A DNA stretch of 64,000 bases from Spirochaetota bacterium (GCA_018262985.1 JADFDI010000002.1:266314-330313), one strand, 5' to 3'; shown: positions 1 to 10,781, counted from the first letter of the stretch. The notes: generated from the sequence alone by a model not told the origin. Program-made: numbers and translations.

Positions 1-1153
1 TGTCGCAGGACTGCTCGAGCGCCTCCTCGAGGTCCACCTTGCCGTGCCCGGGATGCACGTTCCAGCAGCGCCAGACGCGCTCGCCGTAGGAAATCTGTCC
101 TTCGCACAGGACTTCCTTGTCGGGGGAAACGGACTCCTCCTCGAGGATGGCGGTCGTCATGATGGCCTTGAAGGTCGAGGCCGGCGGGTAGCTCGATTGT
201 ATGGCGCGGTTGATGAGCGGATTGCGTCCGTCGTTGAGCAGGGCCGCGTACACATTGTTGCCCCCGGTTCCGATGAAGAGGTTGGGGTCGTATGACGGAT
301 AGGAAACGAGGGCCAGCACCTCGCCCGTGGCGGGTTTGAGCACCACGACCGACCCCAAGCGCTCTCCGAGCGCGTCCTCCGCGAGCTCCTGCATGCGCCG
401 GTCGATCGAGAGCACGAGGTTGCTGCCCATGACCGGTTGGTCGACGGCGCGGTTCGACCGGGTGACCGCGCGCCCCCGGACGTCGACCACGGAGTACTCC
501 CGCCCGTCCTTGCCGCGGAGCAACGCGTCGTACTGCTTTTCGACGCCGGCCTTCCCGACCAGGTCGCCCGTCTTGTAGCCCTTGTTGTAGAGAACCTTCA
601 GTTCCTCGCGGGTGATGTCGCCGACGTAGCCGAGGATGTGCGAGAACGAGCCGGAGACCGCGTAGGAACGCTTGGGTTCCGCGCGCCAGGCCACGCCCGG
701 GAATTCGTCCGCCCGCTCGGCGAGCGTCGTCACCGTCCCGTATTCGACCGCCTGGGCCAGCTCGATGGGCTGGTAGAGGTGGTAGTACGCCGGCGGAACC
801 TTGGAACGGAGCTCGTCGACCGGCTGGCCGAGCACGACGGCCAGCTTCTGGAACACGGTGTCGCGCAGGGCGGCCGGCAACTCGGCGGGGACGAGGTCGA
901 CCGCGAACGAATCGATGTTGAGGACGAGGGGACTCGAGACGTTGCGGTCGAAAATCTCTCCGCGCTGGGCGGGAATGGTGGTGGTCTGCCGGGCGATCGT
1001 CGAGGCCATGGCGCGGTATTCGACGCCGCGCCTGATCTGGAGGTCGAAAAGGTGGAAGGCGTACACGGCGAACACAGCCCCGATCAGGGCGAGGAGGATG
1101 GTCGCGCGGCGCGGATCGACCGGCTGGTCCCCGGTCTTGTTCAAGTCGCTCAA
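1..1153 (-). CDS. mrdA: Penicillin-binding protein 2 (elongation transpeptidase), N-terminal ~384 codons; 3' end lies outside the window
   Basis: Absent from the ORF track because its stop lies before position 1. My minus-strand translation from TTG 1153 (TTGA overlap with the mreD stop) gives LSDLNKTGDQPVDPRRATILLALIGAVFAVYAFHLFDLQIRRGVEY...PAQRGEIFDRN. Further on it gives GSVVVLKPATGEVLALVSYPSYDPNLF, the SxxK motif in YPPASTFKAIM, and RCWNVHPGHGKVDLEEALEQSCD at the window edge. It follows mreBCD. Confidence 0.85.
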   Translation of the reverse strand, partial: MSDLNKTGDQPVDPRRATILLALIGAVFAVYAFHLFDLQIRRGVEYRAMASTIARQTTTIPAQRGEIFDRNVSSPLVLNIDSFAVDLVPAELPAALRDTVFQKLAVVLGQPVDELRSKVPPAYYHLYQPIELAQAVEYGTVTTLAERADEFPGVAWRAEPKRSYAVSGSFSHILGYVGDITREELKVLYNKGYKTGDLVGKAGVEKQYDALLRGKDGREYSVVDVRGRAVTRSNRAVDQPVMGSNLVLSIDRRMQELAEDALGERLGSVVVLKPATGEVLALVSYPSYDPNLFIGTGGNNVYAALLNDGRNPLINRAIQSSYPPASTFKAIMTTAILEEESVSPDKEVLCEGQISYGERVWRCWNVHPGHGKVDLEEALEQSCD

Positions 1154-1656
1154 TATCCTCTCCGGGGAGTGACGAGGAGCGGTCCGAGGACGCCGAGTCC
1201 GAGGAAAAGGATGGGCGCCGCCAGGGCGTTGTAGGCGACCTCGATCCAAAGCGCGGAGCCGAGGAAATCGTACGCGGCCACGTGGTCGGGGAAAAGAAGC
1301 GCGACGGCCGAGATCGCGAGCGCTTTGAAGAGCGTGGCCGAGGCCGCGAGAACCACGGGAAGAAGCACGCGGTCGGCGAAGATCTTGCCCGACGCGAGCG
1401 CGTAGGTGAAACCGACCAGGGTGCGGACCAGGGCATTGAGGCCGAGCGGAGCCGCCGACAGAGCGTCCTGCGCGAGGCCTGAGACGAAGCCCGTGAACTG
1501 CCCCTCCGGGCCTGTGTTCCGGAACGAGACGTACACGAGCGCGACGAGGGCCAGGTCCGGCACGACGGAGAGAACCTCGACCGAACGGAGCCAGGTACCC
1601 TGCGCGTAGACGCAGAACACCGAGATCACGCTCGAAACCAGTACCGATCGCAGCAC
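1150..1656 (-). CDS. mreD: Rod shape-determining protein MreD (polytopic membrane protein)
   Basis: 168-aa ORF with a GTG start and an almost entirely hydrophobic multi-TM product. It sits between mreC and mrdA with a 4-nt overlap to the mrdA start. The call rests on synteny plus membrane character. Confidence 0.7.
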   Translation of the reverse strand: MLRSVLVSSVISVFCVYAQGTWLRSVEVLSVVPDLALVALVYVSFRNTGPEGQFTGFVSGLAQDALSAAPLGLNALVRTLVGFTYALASGKIFADRVLLPVVLAASATLFKALAISAVALLFPDHVAAYDFLGSALWIEVAYNALAAPILFLGLGVLGPLLVTPRRGY

Positions 1657-1660
1657 TTCA

Positions 1661-2515
1661 TCATCCTTCGGGCGCGGTTTCGGGGAATACCACGAACAGG
1701 TACTCGAGCCGGTTGAAATCGACCACCGGTTCGATGTCGATGTCGATCGAGGTCTGGTAATCGGTGATGTGCAACCGCGCCACGCGGCCGATCACCACGT
1801 CCGGCGGATAGAGCGAATGGAAGCCGGTGGTGACCACGAGGTCGCCGTACTGGATCTCGTCCTTGGCGCGCTTCTTGACATAGCGCATGAGCAAAGGCGA
1901 ATCGCTGCCCGCGCCGCCGACGAGTCCTTCGTAGCGGGTGCGCTCGAGGCGGGCGGAGACGAAGGACGCCGCCTCGTAGAGCGGACTGACTATGGAGCTG
2001 GTGCGACCCACCTCGATCACGCGGCCTACCAAGCCCTCGTTGCCGTCCGAATAGGCGATGACCGGCAGGTTCTTCCGTATACCGTCGATGGAGCCCTTGT
2101 CGATGACGAAGGACGAATACAGGTTGTCCGGATCTCGCGCGGTCACGCGGGCGGCGATCTTGCGATACTTGACCCGTTCGGCGAAGCCGAGGAGGTTCGA
2201 GAGCCGCTCGTTCTCGCGCCGAAGCTCGGCGTAGCCGCGTTCGAGCGATTCGAAACGCTCCAGCCTCTCGAGCAGGGCTTCGTGGCTCCGCCGGAGGTCG
2301 CGCAACTCGCCGACCGCGGAGACCGTGTCGCCGACGAAGGAGCCCACGGCGGAGAAACCCTGCTGGAAGAAGCCCAGGACCGAAAGCCCGAGGCGCTCGG
2401 GCAATCCCGTGAGGGCCCTGGTGGAAAGCAGGAGCATGACGATCGAAATCGATGAAAGCAGCGCGAGGACGAGGGACTTCCGCCTGAGATCCCCGGCCGG
2501 GGCGCGGGAACGCAT
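1661..2515 (-). CDS. mreC: Rod shape-determining protein MreC
   Basis: Track ORF 1661..3220 trimmed to ATG 2515 (ATGA overlap with the mreB stop). The upstream part of that ORF is an Arg-rich alternative frame of mreB. The product has a TM segment (LVLALLSSISIVMLLLS), a coiled coil (HEALLERLERFESLERGYAELRRENERLSNLLGF) and a beta-rich C-terminal domain. Confidence 0.85.
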   Translation of the reverse strand: MRSRAPAGDLRRKSLVLALLSSISIVMLLLSTRALTGLPERLGLSVLGFFQQGFSAVGSFVGDTVSAVGELRDLRRSHEALLERLERFESLERGYAELRRENERLSNLLGFAERVKYRKIAARVTARDPDNLYSSFVIDKGSIDGIRKNLPVIAYSDGNEGLVGRVIEVGRTSSIVSPLYEAASFVSARLERTRYEGLVGGAGSDSPLLMRYVKKRAKDEIQYGDLVVTTGFHSLYPPDVVIGRVARLHITDYQTSIDIDIEPVVDFNRLEYLFVVFPETAPEG

Positions 2516-3549
2516 CAGTAGCCCATGCCGCCGTAGGGTCCGATGCCGTCCTGGCTCTTCATGGTCTCCCAGTACTTGCCGGATCCGATGGCGACGCATT
2601 CGAGCGGGCGCTCGGCGAGTATCACCGGAACCCCCGTCTCTTTGGCGATGAGCTTGGGCAGACCCTTGAGGAGGCTTCCGCCTCCCGCCATGACGATGCC
2701 CCGCTCCACGATATCGGCGGCCAACTCGGGCGGAGTCTGACCGAGGGTGCGCTTGATTTCGTCGACGATCTGGTTGATCGGCTCCTGGAGCGCCTCGCGG
2801 ACCTCGACCGAATCGATCTCGAGGCGTCGCGGCAGTCCCGTGATGGCGTCGGTGCCCTTGATTTCGACCTTTTCGATCACCTTTTCGGGACTGGCGTTGC
2901 CGATCTCCATCTTGAGCCGCTCCGCGGTCTGCTCGCCGATGATCAGGTTGTGCACGTTGCGGATGTGGCGGATGATCGCCTCGTCGAATTCGTCGCCGCC
3001 GATGCGCACGGCGTTGGTCACGACCATGCCTTTGAGCGAGATGACGGAGATCTCCGTGGTGCCGCCGCCGATGTCGCAGATCATGTGGCCCGCGGGCTCG
3101 TGGATCGGGATCTCCGCGCCGATCGCCGCGGCGAGCGACTCGAAGATCACCTTGACGTCGCGGGCGCCCGCCTTGTACGCGGCGTCCTCGACGGCGCGGC
3201 GTTCCACCTCGGTGATGCACGAGGGGATGCCGATGACCATGCGCGGCTTCACGAACCAGCGGCGCGGAATGACTTTCTGGATGAAGTAGCGGATCATCTT
3301 CTCCGTGGTGTCCGGATCCGCGATGACCCCGTCGCGGAGCGGGCGGATGGCGATGATGTCCCCGGGGGTCTTCCAGAGCATGCGTTTGGCCTCGGAGCCC
3401 ACGGCGACGACGCGCTTGGTACCGCGCTCCACGGCCACGACCGAAGGCTCGTTGATGACTATGCCCTTCCCCCGGGCGTAGATGAGCGTGTTGCAGGTAC
3501 CGAGGTCTATCCCGATGTCGAGCGACAGGCTGTCGAACAGTTTGCCCAT
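2515..3549 (-). CDS. mreB: Actin-like rod shape-determining protein MreB
   Basis: Track ORF 2515..4182 trimmed to ATG 3549, which is preceded by GGAGGA. The product starts [39 protein letters not shown] and carries the actin-fold motifs [11 protein letters not shown] and [11 protein letters not shown]. Confidence 0.97.
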   Translation of the reverse strand: MGKLFDSLSLDIGIDLGTCNTLIYARGKGIVINEPSVVAVERGTKRVVAVGSEAKRMLWKTPGDIIAIRPLRDGVIADPDTTEKMIRYFIQKVIPRRWFVKPRMVIGIPSCITEVERRAVEDAAYKAGARDVKVIFESLAAAIGAEIPIHEPAGHMICDIGGGTTEISVISLKGMVVTNAVRIGGDEFDEAIIRHIRNVHNLIIGEQTAERLKMEIGNASPEKVIEKVEIKGTDAITGLPRRLEIDSVEVREALQEPINQIVDEIKRTLGQTPPELAADIVERGIVMAGGGSLLKGLPKLIAKETGVPVILAERPLECVAIGSGKYWETMKSQDGIGPYGGMGY

Positions 3550-3577
3550 ATGATCCTCCGTGGATGCTGCGATGCGT

Positions 3578-4543
3578 TCAGGGTCGTTCCGCGAGCTTCT
3601 GTCGCGCTCCGGCGTGTACCGGATCCAAGGAAACCGCTTTTCGCCATTCCGCGCGAGCCAGCGCCGGGTCGCCGGCTTTCTGGAAGAGAAGGCCGAGCCG
3701 GTAATGCGCCTCGGCGGATTCAGGATTGTCCTCGAGGACCGCGCGGTAGTGCGCCTCGGCCTCGTCCAAGGCGCCCCTCGCCTCGAGGAGCTCGCCGATG
3801 AAGAATCTGCACAGCTCGCGGACGAAGGCGTCGCCCGAGACCGACAGCGATTCCATGGCGAGCTTTTCCGCGTCCTCGCCCATGCCGAGCTCGGCGCGTA
3901 CGCGGGCCGCGGCCAGGAGGAGCGTGTCGGTCCGACGCTCGGCCAAGGCCCGGTCGAAGAACTCCAGGGCCCGATCGTCCATGCCGAGCCCCTCGTAGGC
4001 GAGCGCCACGTGTTCCCACGCGTCCGCGGCCGTGTAGCCGGACGCGGACGCGGCGAGCAGGGACTCGACCGCTTCGCCGTACCAGGCGCTTCCCTTCCGA
4101 TAATACGCCTTTCCGAGCACGTAGAGCGCGCGGGAACGATAGGGAGTGCCTTCGACCAGGAGCACTTTGCGCAGATGGGCAATGGCCGCGTCCATGTCGG
4201 CGAGCCTGGCCTCCTCGCCGTCCTGCGAGACTCCGCGGTAGAAGGACGCGAACCCCGCCAGCGATAGCAGCACCGGATCGAGAGGCTCGCGCTCGAGCCC
4301 GTCCTCGCAGAGGGCGATGGTGCCCGGCAGGTCGCCGGCTTCCCACGCCTCGAGGGCCAAATCGCGCGCGCGGCTCGCCTGCTTGCGTTCGCCGATGACG
4401 CCGATCAGGCGTGGCGCCCCGAAGGCCGTGGCCGCAGCGAGCAGGAGCGCTCCCGCCACGAGGACGATGACCACCGCGCCTCGGCGACGATGCGATGAGG
4501 AGCCGAGCTGTACGGTCGGGGCGTTGCGCGGGTAGAATTCCAT
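3578..4543 (-). CDS. TPR-repeat protein with N-terminal membrane anchor
   Basis: Track ORF 3578..4570 has a GTG start. I prefer ATG 4543 (MEFYPRN...) because GTG 4570 lies inside the predicted promoter spacer, just upstream of the -10. The product has a TM segment ([19 protein letters not shown]) followed by repeated TPR-like A/Y/L helices ([27 protein letters not shown]). Confidence 0.7.
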   Translation of the reverse strand: MEFYPRNAPTVQLGSSSHRRRGAVVIVLVAGALLLAAATAFGAPRLIGVIGERKQASRARDLALEAWEAGDLPGTIALCEDGLEREPLDPVLLSLAGFASFYRGVSQDGEEARLADMDAAIAHLRKVLLVEGTPYRSRALYVLGKAYYRKGSAWYGEAVESLLAASASGYTAADAWEHVALAYEGLGMDDRALEFFDRALAERRTDTLLLAAARVRAELGMGEDAEKLAMESLSVSGDAFVRELCRFFIGELLEARGALDEAEAHYRAVLEDNPESAEAHYRLGLLFQKAGDPALARAEWRKAVSLDPVHAGARQKLAERP

Positions 4544-4560
4544 GGATATCCGTCGTGGCC

Positions 4561-4589
4561 GTTTTACCACGCGCGGAAGCTAAAGTCAA
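4561..4589 (-). promoter_or_regulatory. Candidate sigma70-type promoter for the TPR-mreBCD-mrdA unit
   Basis: Minus strand reads TTGACT (4589-4584), N17, TAAAAC (4566-4561). It lies between the rnpB terminator hairpin and the TPR gene ATG at 4543. Confidence 0.35.
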
Positions 4590-4594
4590 TGAAA

Positions 4595-4634
4595 GGGAAA
4601 GGCCGCCGCGCGGCGGTGAAGCCGGGCGGCGGCC
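4595..4634 (-). terminator. GC-rich hairpin downstream of rnpB (probable terminator)
   Basis: GGCCGCCGC (4601-4609) pairs perfectly with GCGGCGGCC (4626-4634). On the minus strand the hairpin is followed by TTTCCCTTTC. Confidence 0.4.
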
Positions 4635-4643
4635 GAAGAAAAA

Positions 4644-5068
4644 GAAGGCGGGCCTGTAAGCCGGGTTCTGTCCCCTTTCGGGGCATCGTCATCCATCTCG
4701 GGTTCCGGTCGCCCGGAACCTCCGCGCGGCCTACCCGCGGGGCGCGAAGCCCTAAGGCTCCGCGGGACCGGCGGTCCTCCCGCTGCTCGGCCTTGCTCGC
4801 GGCGAGGCTTGCAATGCCGCCGCCGTTACCGGCGGCGCGGTGGGCTCTTACCCCGCCTTTTCACCCTTGCCGTCGTTCCGCGCGAACGCGGAACGCTTGG
4901 GCGGTTCGTTTTCTGTTGCGCTGTCTGTCGCGCGCCCTCCCGGAGGCCCGAAAGCCCCCGTTCGTTCGCGCGCCCGGTGATTACCCGGCGCCGCGCCTTC
5001 GCGAGCCCGGACTTTCCTCCCCGCGGAGCGCCTGAGCGCTCCGCGAAGCGACGACACGGCCCGCCTTC
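4644..5068 (-). ncRNA. rnpB: RNase P RNA, bacterial type A
   Basis: The minus strand carries the universal blocks GAGGAAAGTCCGGGCTC (revcomp of 5003-5019), CAACAGAAAACGAACCGCC, AAGGGTGAAAAGGCGGGGTAAGAGCCCACCGCG, GGGTAGGCCGCGCGGAGG and GACAGAACCCGGCTTACAGG. P1 pairs GAAGGCGGGCC (5068-5058) with GGCCCGCCTTC (4654-4644). The Arg/Pro-rich plus-strand ORFs here are artefacts. Confidence 0.9.
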
Positions 5069-5073
5069 AATAA

Positions 5074-5934
5074 TTACTCGTCATGCTCCTCGCCTTCGTC
5101 CTTCTCCGCATCGTCGTCCCCCTCGTCGTAGGAGTCGTCCTCGCCCTCCTCGGAGAAATCGTCGAGGTCGGCCAGGCTTCCGGATTCGATCTCGGCCACG
5201 AGGTCGTCGTCGGAGCCGTCCAGGCGCTCCTCGTACTGGAGTACGCGGCTGCAGTAGGGGCAGAAGATGATCTTGTTGCCCTGACGCACCTCGTTCACGA
5301 AATGGGCGGGCAGGATCATCGAGCAGCCGGTGCAGACGTAGCCGCGGACCGGCACGATGCCCACGCCCTGCTTGGAGCGGATGATGCGCTCGAACTTGAA
5401 GATGACGTCGGCGTCGAGACCGTCGGTGGCGTCGAGCTCGTCGGCCCGGAGGCGCTCCACGCTCTGGCGCATGCCGGAGGTCTCCTGCTCGATCTTCTGG
5501 CGCTTCTCGATGACCTCTCCCTCCTGGAGCTGGATCATGGCCTCGGACTTGCGCAGCTCGGCTTCCGCTTCCGTCAAGGCGCGCTCCTCGCGCTGGAGCT
5601 CCTTGCGGAGATTCTGCTCGAGGTCGGTCGCGTCGCGGATCTCCTTGTTGAGCGCCTCGTACTCGCGCTGCGTGGAGATCACGTCCATCTGCTTCTCGGC
5701 CTTCTCGCGGGCGGCCTCCGCTTCGGCGAGGCGGTTCCGCAGGTCGGAGACGCGGGCCGTGGTCTCCTCGAACTCGGCGTTGCGCTCGAGGTAGGTCTTC
5801 TTGACGCGGGCGAGGAGTTCCTCCTGCGCGTTCAGCGACTTCGGGACCTCGTGGATCTCGCGCTCGATCTGGACGCGCTCGGTGAGGATCTCCTGGAACT
5901 TGCGGAGCCTCGTGAAGACTTCTTCCATTAACAT
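5074..5934 (-). CDS. Coiled-coil / C4 zinc-ribbon protein (COG1579, DUF164-type) with acidic tail
   Basis: 286 aa. GAGGTG lies 6 nt before the ATG. About 200 aa of heptad-rich coiled coil are followed by CxxC...CxxC (YVCTGCSMIL...IIFCPYCSRVL). The last ~45 residues are mostly Asp/Glu. Confidence 0.8.
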   Translation of the reverse strand: MLMEEVFTRLRKFQEILTERVQIEREIHEVPKSLNAQEELLARVKKTYLERNAEFEETTARVSDLRNRLAEAEAAREKAEKQMDVISTQREYEALNKEIRDATDLEQNLRKELQREERALTEAEAELRKSEAMIQLQEGEVIEKRQKIEQETSGMRQSVERLRADELDATDGLDADVIFKFERIIRSKQGVGIVPVRGYVCTGCSMILPAHFVNEVRQGNKIIFCPYCSRVLQYEERLDGSDDDLVAEIESGSLADLDDFSEEGEDDSYDEGDDDAEKDEGEEHDE

Positions 5935-5993
5935 GTATGGTCACCTCGCCTCGTGTTGGTCTCGCGGAACGGAAACGACGGCCCGGAGGCCGG

Positions 5994-7718
5994 TCAGTGG
6001 TCCATGTAGTCGCGGAGCTTCTGGCTCCGCTTGAAGTGCCTGAGCTTCTTGAGCGCCTTCGCCTCGATCTGGCGGATACGCTCCCTGGTGACGTTGAAAT
6101 AGAGCCCGACTTCCTCGAGCGTCAGCGAATACCCGTCGTCGAGGCCGAAGCGCATGCGGAGCACTTCCTGCTCGCGCGGCGGCAGCGTGGCGAGGACCGA
6201 CCGGATCTGCTCCTGCAGGAGCTTGTAGTCGGTCTGGACCGAGGGATTCTCGATCTCCTTGTCCTCGATGAAGTCGCCGAGCAGGCTGTCCTCGTCCTCT
6301 CCGATGGGCGTCTCGAGCGAGATCGGCTCGCGCGCGACGTTCTTGACGCTCTTGACGCGGGTGACCGGCCAGCCGAGCTGCTGGGCCACTTCTTCGTCCG
6401 TAGGCTCGCGGCCGAGCTTCTGCATCAGCTGCCGCGATTCCCTCACCACCTTGTTGATCTGCTCGATCATGTGCACGGGCACGCGGATCGTGCGGGCCTG
6501 GTCCGAGATCGAGCGCGTGATCGCCTGGCGTATCCACCAGGTGGCGTAGGTCGAGAACTTGAAGCCCTTGCGGTACTCGAACTTCTCGACGGCCTTGATG
6601 AGGCCGATGTTGCCTTCCTGCACGAGGTCGAAGAAGTGGAGCCCGCGGTTGGTGTATTTCTTGGCGATGGAGACGACCAGGCGGAGGTTGGCCTTGATCA
6701 GGCGGTCCTTCGCGTTCTTCATCATGATGCGGCCGCGGTTGATCTCCTTGGCCATGACGATGATGCGGTCGCATTCCTCCTCGAACGCGTACTCGAGTTC
6801 CTGGAGCTTGCGCTCGGTGGTCTGGATCTGCCGGATCCGTTCCTTGATCTCGTCGCTCGAAAGGCCCAGGTCCTCCTCGATCTTCTCGCGGCGCTCGCGG
6901 ATGGTGAGGTTGCGGCCGAGGGCCCGGAGCTCCTTGAAGTTGGCGACGCGCAGGGTGTTCTCGAGCCGCTCCTGCTCGCGGCGGTACTTGCGGATCTTCT
7001 TGGCGGCGTTGATGAATTTCTCGGAGAAGGAATTGATCTCCTCCGGATGGATCTCGGCCTCGCCCAGGCGGGCCAGGAGGGGAACGCGCAGCTCGACCAG
7101 GGCGCCGTCGGAAGCCGGGTCGCCGCCGCGGGCGATCACCTTCCGCTTGGCCTCCATGTAGTCCTTGAGGCCCGAGTAGGTATCCTTGAGGACGTCGCGG
7201 TAGAACTGGTTGAGCCTGCGGCGCTCGGCGATCTTCTCGGTGTTCTCCTTGCGCTGGGGACCGGACTCGCGCTTGGCCTTGACCGCGATGGTGTGGAACT
7301 CGGGAATCAGCATGCCGCAGTGGCGGATGATGCCCTTTATGATGTTCTCGCCCTCTTCCATGGTGGTGGAGAGGGAGACCTCCTGCTCGGCGGTGAGAAG
7401 GTGCTCCTTGCCGATCTCGCGGAGGTAGAGGCGGATGGGGTCGTCGACCGCCGATTCCTTGTCGTTGTAGACGAGCCGCTTCTTCTCGGCTTCCGCCTCC
7501 TTGACCGGGACCTCGTCCTCGAGCGACAGGTCCGATTCCTCGAGCTTGATGTTGTTGCTCTCGAGGAGGGCGAGCACGCCGTCGATCTTGTCGGAATTGA
7601 GGACCGCCTCCGGAAGGAAGTCCGAGAGCTCGTCGAAGTTGATGGTCTTCTTCGACTTCGCGTACTCGAGGAGTTTGGCGATCGCAGGTTCCAGATCAAG
7701 ATCGCTCATGCCGCTCAT
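5994..7718 (-). CDS. rpoD: RNA polymerase primary sigma factor (sigma-70)
   Basis: 574 aa. Region 2 reads [59 protein letters not shown]. Region 4.2 reads [28 protein letters not shown]. It lies downstream of dnaG. Confidence 0.97.
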   Translation of the reverse strand: MSGMSDLDLEPAIAKLLEYAKSKKTINFDELSDFLPEAVLNSDKIDGVLALLESNNIKLEESDLSLEDEVPVKEAEAEKKRLVYNDKESAVDDPIRLYLREIGKEHLLTAEQEVSLSTTMEEGENIIKGIIRHCGMLIPEFHTIAVKAKRESGPQRKENTEKIAERRRLNQFYRDVLKDTYSGLKDYMEAKRKVIARGGDPASDGALVELRVPLLARLGEAEIHPEEINSFSEKFINAAKKIRKYRREQERLENTLRVANFKELRALGRNLTIRERREKIEEDLGLSSDEIKERIRQIQTTERKLQELEYAFEEECDRIIVMAKEINRGRIMMKNAKDRLIKANLRLVVSIAKKYTNRGLHFFDLVQEGNIGLIKAVEKFEYRKGFKFSTYATWWIRQAITRSISDQARTIRVPVHMIEQINKVVRESRQLMQKLGREPTDEEVAQQLGWPVTRVKSVKNVAREPISLETPIGEDEDSLLGDFIEDKEIENPSVQTDYKLLQEQIRSVLATLPPREQEVLRMRFGLDDGYSLTLEEVGLYFNVTRERIRQIEAKALKKLRHFKRSQKLRDYMDH

Positions 7719-9489
7719 CCTTTATTCGCTCAAGTTCGCCGTCAATGAACATTTTCTCGTACAGGAGGTCGTCGAGGGAAACCTCGTCGCCGTCCCTCTC
7801 GGGATCGAAATCCCGCATGCGCGCCTTGAGCCGCTCCCGCTTGCGCTCGAGGCTGCGCGCCCGCACCCTACGCGCGCCGTCGACGACGACGCGTTCGGGA
7901 TGCAGCTCGAATTCCCCCTTCGCCGCGCGTTCCCGGACCCAGGTCCGCAAGGGTTCGTCCCGGACGCGAAAAAGCACGGCCTCCGTCGTCCCTTCCTCCG
8001 CCCTGAAGGCTTCCTCGAGGGCGATGTAGAGCTCCCTGGCCCCGTCATCGTCGAGGTCCGCGGCGGCCACGGAGCCGCGGAAACCCGCGAACAGCTCCGG
8101 ATGGAGCGCCAGCGCGGTCAGCAAGGCCAGGTCGGCCGGATTCCGGCTCGGCGCCTGGGGTTCGCCTTCCGCGCCCCGCGCGGGCCCCGCGCTGTCGCGG
8201 GAAGCCCGACGGGCGAAATCCGCGAGGATGCTGTGCGCCTGTACGAAGAGGGCGCGCGAGGCGGCCTCGACGAACTCGTCCCTGCGGACGGCTGCATCCA
8301 ACACGGCGATGTAGGGGAACAAGGTCTCGACGGCCCGCGCCTTTCCTTCCGCGGAGGCGATATCGAACGATGAGGTCGCCCGGCGAATGAGAAAATCGTC
8401 TCCATTTATAGCCGAATCCGGCAGTTTATTCAATTCCTCCGCGCCGGCTTTCTGCAGTATTTCCGCCGGATCCTTGCCGCCCGGCACCAGGATGACCGAG
8501 GCGCGGAGGCCCCCGCGGGCGGCCTCCACGAGCGCCTTCGCGGCCGCCTTGCGCCCCGCCTCGTCCGCGTCGAAGCAGAGCTCGACCTTCTCCGCCCAGC
8601 GGCGGAGCAGCCTGGATTGGGCCTCGGTGAAGGCCGTTCCGAGCGGGGCGACCGCCCGCTTCACCCCGGCCGCGTGGAAGGCGATCGCGTCCATGTAGCC
8701 TTCGCAGACCACGGCGGATTTGCCGTCGCGGATGGCCTGCCTCGCCTCGGACACGGCGAACAGGTTCTCGTGCTTGCGGAAGATCGCCGTTTCGGGAGAG
8801 TTGAGGTACTTCGGCCCCTCGCCGCGCAGTATCCGCCCTCCGAACGCCACCACCTTCCCGTTGGGGTCCTTGATCGGGAACATGAGCCGGTCGGCGAAGA
8901 TGCCCGAGTCCTTCCGCTCCTTCGCGAAGAGTCCCGAGCGGTCGAGCAAGTCCTCCGAGTAGCCCTTCCCTCGGAGGAAGGGCCTGAGCCAGCGCCGGTC
9001 GGCGGGCGCGTAGCCGAGGCCGAAGCGCTCGGCGATCTCCGTTCCCATGCCCCGGGACTCCAGGTACTCCCGCGCGACGGATCCTTCCGGCCGCTCCGCA
9101 AGGAACCAGCGGAAGGTGGCGGCGAGGCGCTCGTGGAGCTCGACGAGGACGTCGCGGTCGTCGGGAGGTCCGGAGGCTTCCCCTCCCCCGTCCTCGTACT
9201 CGAGCGGGATGCCCATCTTGTTCGCGAGGGTCTCGAGCGCCTCGCGGTAGCCTATGCCCTCGAGGTCGCGGAGGAAGCTGACCGCGTCGCCGCCCTTCTG
9301 GCAGCCGAAGCAGTAGAACATCCGTTTGGCCGGCACCACGTAGAAGGACGGGGTCTTCTCGGTGTGGAAGGGACAGAGGCCGCGCCAGTCCGCGCCGGAC
9401 TTCTCGAGCCGGACGTGCTCCGATACGACCGCCACGATGTCGGCCCGGTCGCGGATCTCCCGGACGCTCGCCTCGGCGATGCGCTTCAT
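7696..9489 (-). CDS. dnaG: DNA primase
   Basis: 597 aa. Zinc-binding region [40 protein letters not shown] region [13 protein letters not shown]...[12 protein letters not shown]. Its 3' end overlaps the rpoD start by 23 nt. Confidence 0.95.
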   Translation of the reverse strand: MKRIAEASVREIRDRADIVAVVSEHVRLEKSGADWRGLCPFHTEKTPSFYVVPAKRMFYCFGCQKGGDAVSFLRDLEGIGYREALETLANKMGIPLEYEDGGGEASGPPDDRDVLVELHERLAATFRWFLAERPEGSVAREYLESRGMGTEIAERFGLGYAPADRRWLRPFLRGKGYSEDLLDRSGLFAKERKDSGIFADRLMFPIKDPNGKVVAFGGRILRGEGPKYLNSPETAIFRKHENLFAVSEARQAIRDGKSAVVCEGYMDAIAFHAAGVKRAVAPLGTAFTEAQSRLLRRWAEKVELCFDADEAGRKAAAKALVEAARGGLRASVILVPGGKDPAEILQKAGAEELNKLPDSAINGDDFLIRRATSSFDIASAEGKARAVETLFPYIAVLDAAVRRDEFVEAASRALFVQAHSILADFARRASRDSAGPARGAEGEPQAPSRNPADLALLTALALHPELFAGFRGSVAAADLDDDGARELYIALEEAFRAEEGTTEAVLFRVRDEPLRTWVRERAAKGEFELHPERVVVDGARRVRARSLERKRERLKARMRDFDPERDGDEVSLDDLLYEKMFIDGELERIKDERHERS

Positions 9490-10562
9490 GAACCCGAGCG
9501 CTTCACGGCGAGCGGCGCCGCGTCCTCGTGTTCGTCGTAGGTGACCGAGAACTTGTGCCGTCCGGCCGCGGCGTCAACCAGGCGGAAGTACAAGTACTCG
9601 GTCTTCTCGGGTTCGAGGGCGGCCAGCAGGGCCACCAGGCCGGGATTGGCGATCGGGGCCGGGGGCAGGCCGCGGTTCAGGTAGGTGTTGAAGGGGCTCT
9701 CGATCTCGAGGTCGCGGAAGAGCAGGAGCTCCGGATGCGGCTTCCCGAGCTCCTCGGTGATGACGTAGACGACGGTGGCGCAGGACTGCAGGGGCATGCC
9801 GATCCGGATGCGGTTGTAGAAGACGCCGGCCATCACGGGGGCCTCGTCGGGCGCGCGGTACTCGCGCTCCACGATGGAGGCGACGATGACCTTCTCGTGC
9901 AGCTCCGCGGGAGCCAGCGCGAGGGCCTCGGGCGCTTCCCGTTCGAGCGCCTCGCGGAAGGCGCGGATCATGGAGGCGACCACGCGGGCTGGATCGGTTC
10001 CCGGTTCGAAGAGGTAGGTGTCGGGGAAGAGGTAGCCCTCGGCGCTGCCCGCCCGGATGCCCATTTCGGCCAGGAGCCCGGGATCGCGGGTGGCGGCCAG
10101 GAAGCCGTCCGCGGCGCAGACGCCCGCCTCCTCGAGGATCGTCGCGACGCGGCGGGAGGCGAGTCCTTCGGGAATGGTGACGCGTACGAGCATCTGCCGG
10201 CCCGACGAGAGCAGGTCCAGGAGCTCCCGGGTCGTCAGCTCCGGGGTGACGAGGTAGGTGCCCTTCTTGACCAGTCCGTCCGTTCCGCGGAGCCTCACGA
10301 GGGCGCGGAAAAGCAGCGAGGAGCGGATGATGCCGTCCCGCTCGAGGCGCGCCGCGACGCCGTCGCCCGAATCGCCCGAGCGGACCTCGAACGGCAGGCC
10401 TTCGGCGCCGACGAGCCCGGTCGGGGCATCCAGATAGGCGAACGCCGCGAGTCCGGCTATGGCCGCGGCCGCGGAGAGCGAAAACAGGACCGCGAAAGCG
10501 GTCAGGACACGGCGTTTGCTCCGCCGATTCCGGGATTCCTTCATGCCGGTGTCATCCTTCAT
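9486..10562 (-). CDS. mltG: Endolytic murein transglycosylase MltG (YceG-like)
   Basis: 358 aa. N-terminal TM (VLTAFAVLFSLSAAAAIAGLAAF) and a YceG-family core (ASIVEREY...GVFYNRIRIGMPLQSCATVVYV...FNTYLNRGLPPAPIANPG). Confidence 0.9.
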   Translation of the reverse strand: MKDDTGMKESRNRRSKRRVLTAFAVLFSLSAAAAIAGLAAFAYLDAPTGLVGAEGLPFEVRSGDSGDGVAARLERDGIIRSSLLFRALVRLRGTDGLVKKGTYLVTPELTTRELLDLLSSGRQMLVRVTIPEGLASRRVATILEEAGVCAADGFLAATRDPGLLAEMGIRAGSAEGYLFPDTYLFEPGTDPARVVASMIRAFREALEREAPEALALAPAELHEKVIVASIVEREYRAPDEAPVMAGVFYNRIRIGMPLQSCATVVYVITEELGKPHPELLLFRDLEIESPFNTYLNRGLPPAPIANPGLVALLAALEPEKTEYLYFRLVDAAAGRHKFSVTYDEHEDAAPLAVKRSGS

Positions 10563-10780
10563 CTCCGAGAGGTCCGGTCGGACGCCTGGAGTATGGAATA
10601 ATAATCCTCGAGGTGTTCCATCTCGTCGATCGAGAGGCTTCCGTAGAGCAGGCCGCGCAGGCGTTCCATGACGCCCTCGACGGCCCGGTCCAGTTCGGGT
10701 TCGTGGATCCTGAGTTGAAGATACAGCGCGACGAGCTCTTCGGGCGAGAGCGCGAACGGCTGGGCGCCTGAGATTCCCAT
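10559..10780 (-). CDS. Small hypothetical protein (73 aa)
   Basis: The ORF fills the gap between the MBL-fold gene (1-nt gap) and mltG (4-nt overlap) exactly, and the product is helical and acidic. I recognise no family. Confidence 0.5.
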   Translation of the reverse strand: MGISGAQPFALSPEELVALYLQLRIHEPELDRAVEGVMERLRGLLYGSLSIDEMEHLEDYYSILQASDRTSRR

Positions 10781-10781
10781 G

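Noticed and set aside
1661-4182. Over-long track ORFs for mreC (519 aa) and mreB (555 aa). The same issue affects 12575..15184, 25115..27148, 29599..31950, 36430..39960, 38466..41162, 42272..43531, 60591..62381 and 61523..63073.
   Set aside because: The N-terminal extensions are Arg/Pro/Gly-rich read-through into the upstream gene in another frame. I trimmed them to internal starts, supported by SDs, 4-nt start/stop overlaps and family N-termini.
4589-5270. Plus-strand ORFs 4589..5035 and 4809..5270 (Arg/Pro-rich, 148-153 aa)
   Set aside because: The region is RNase P RNA on the minus strand, with all universal conserved blocks present. The ORFs are fortuitous.
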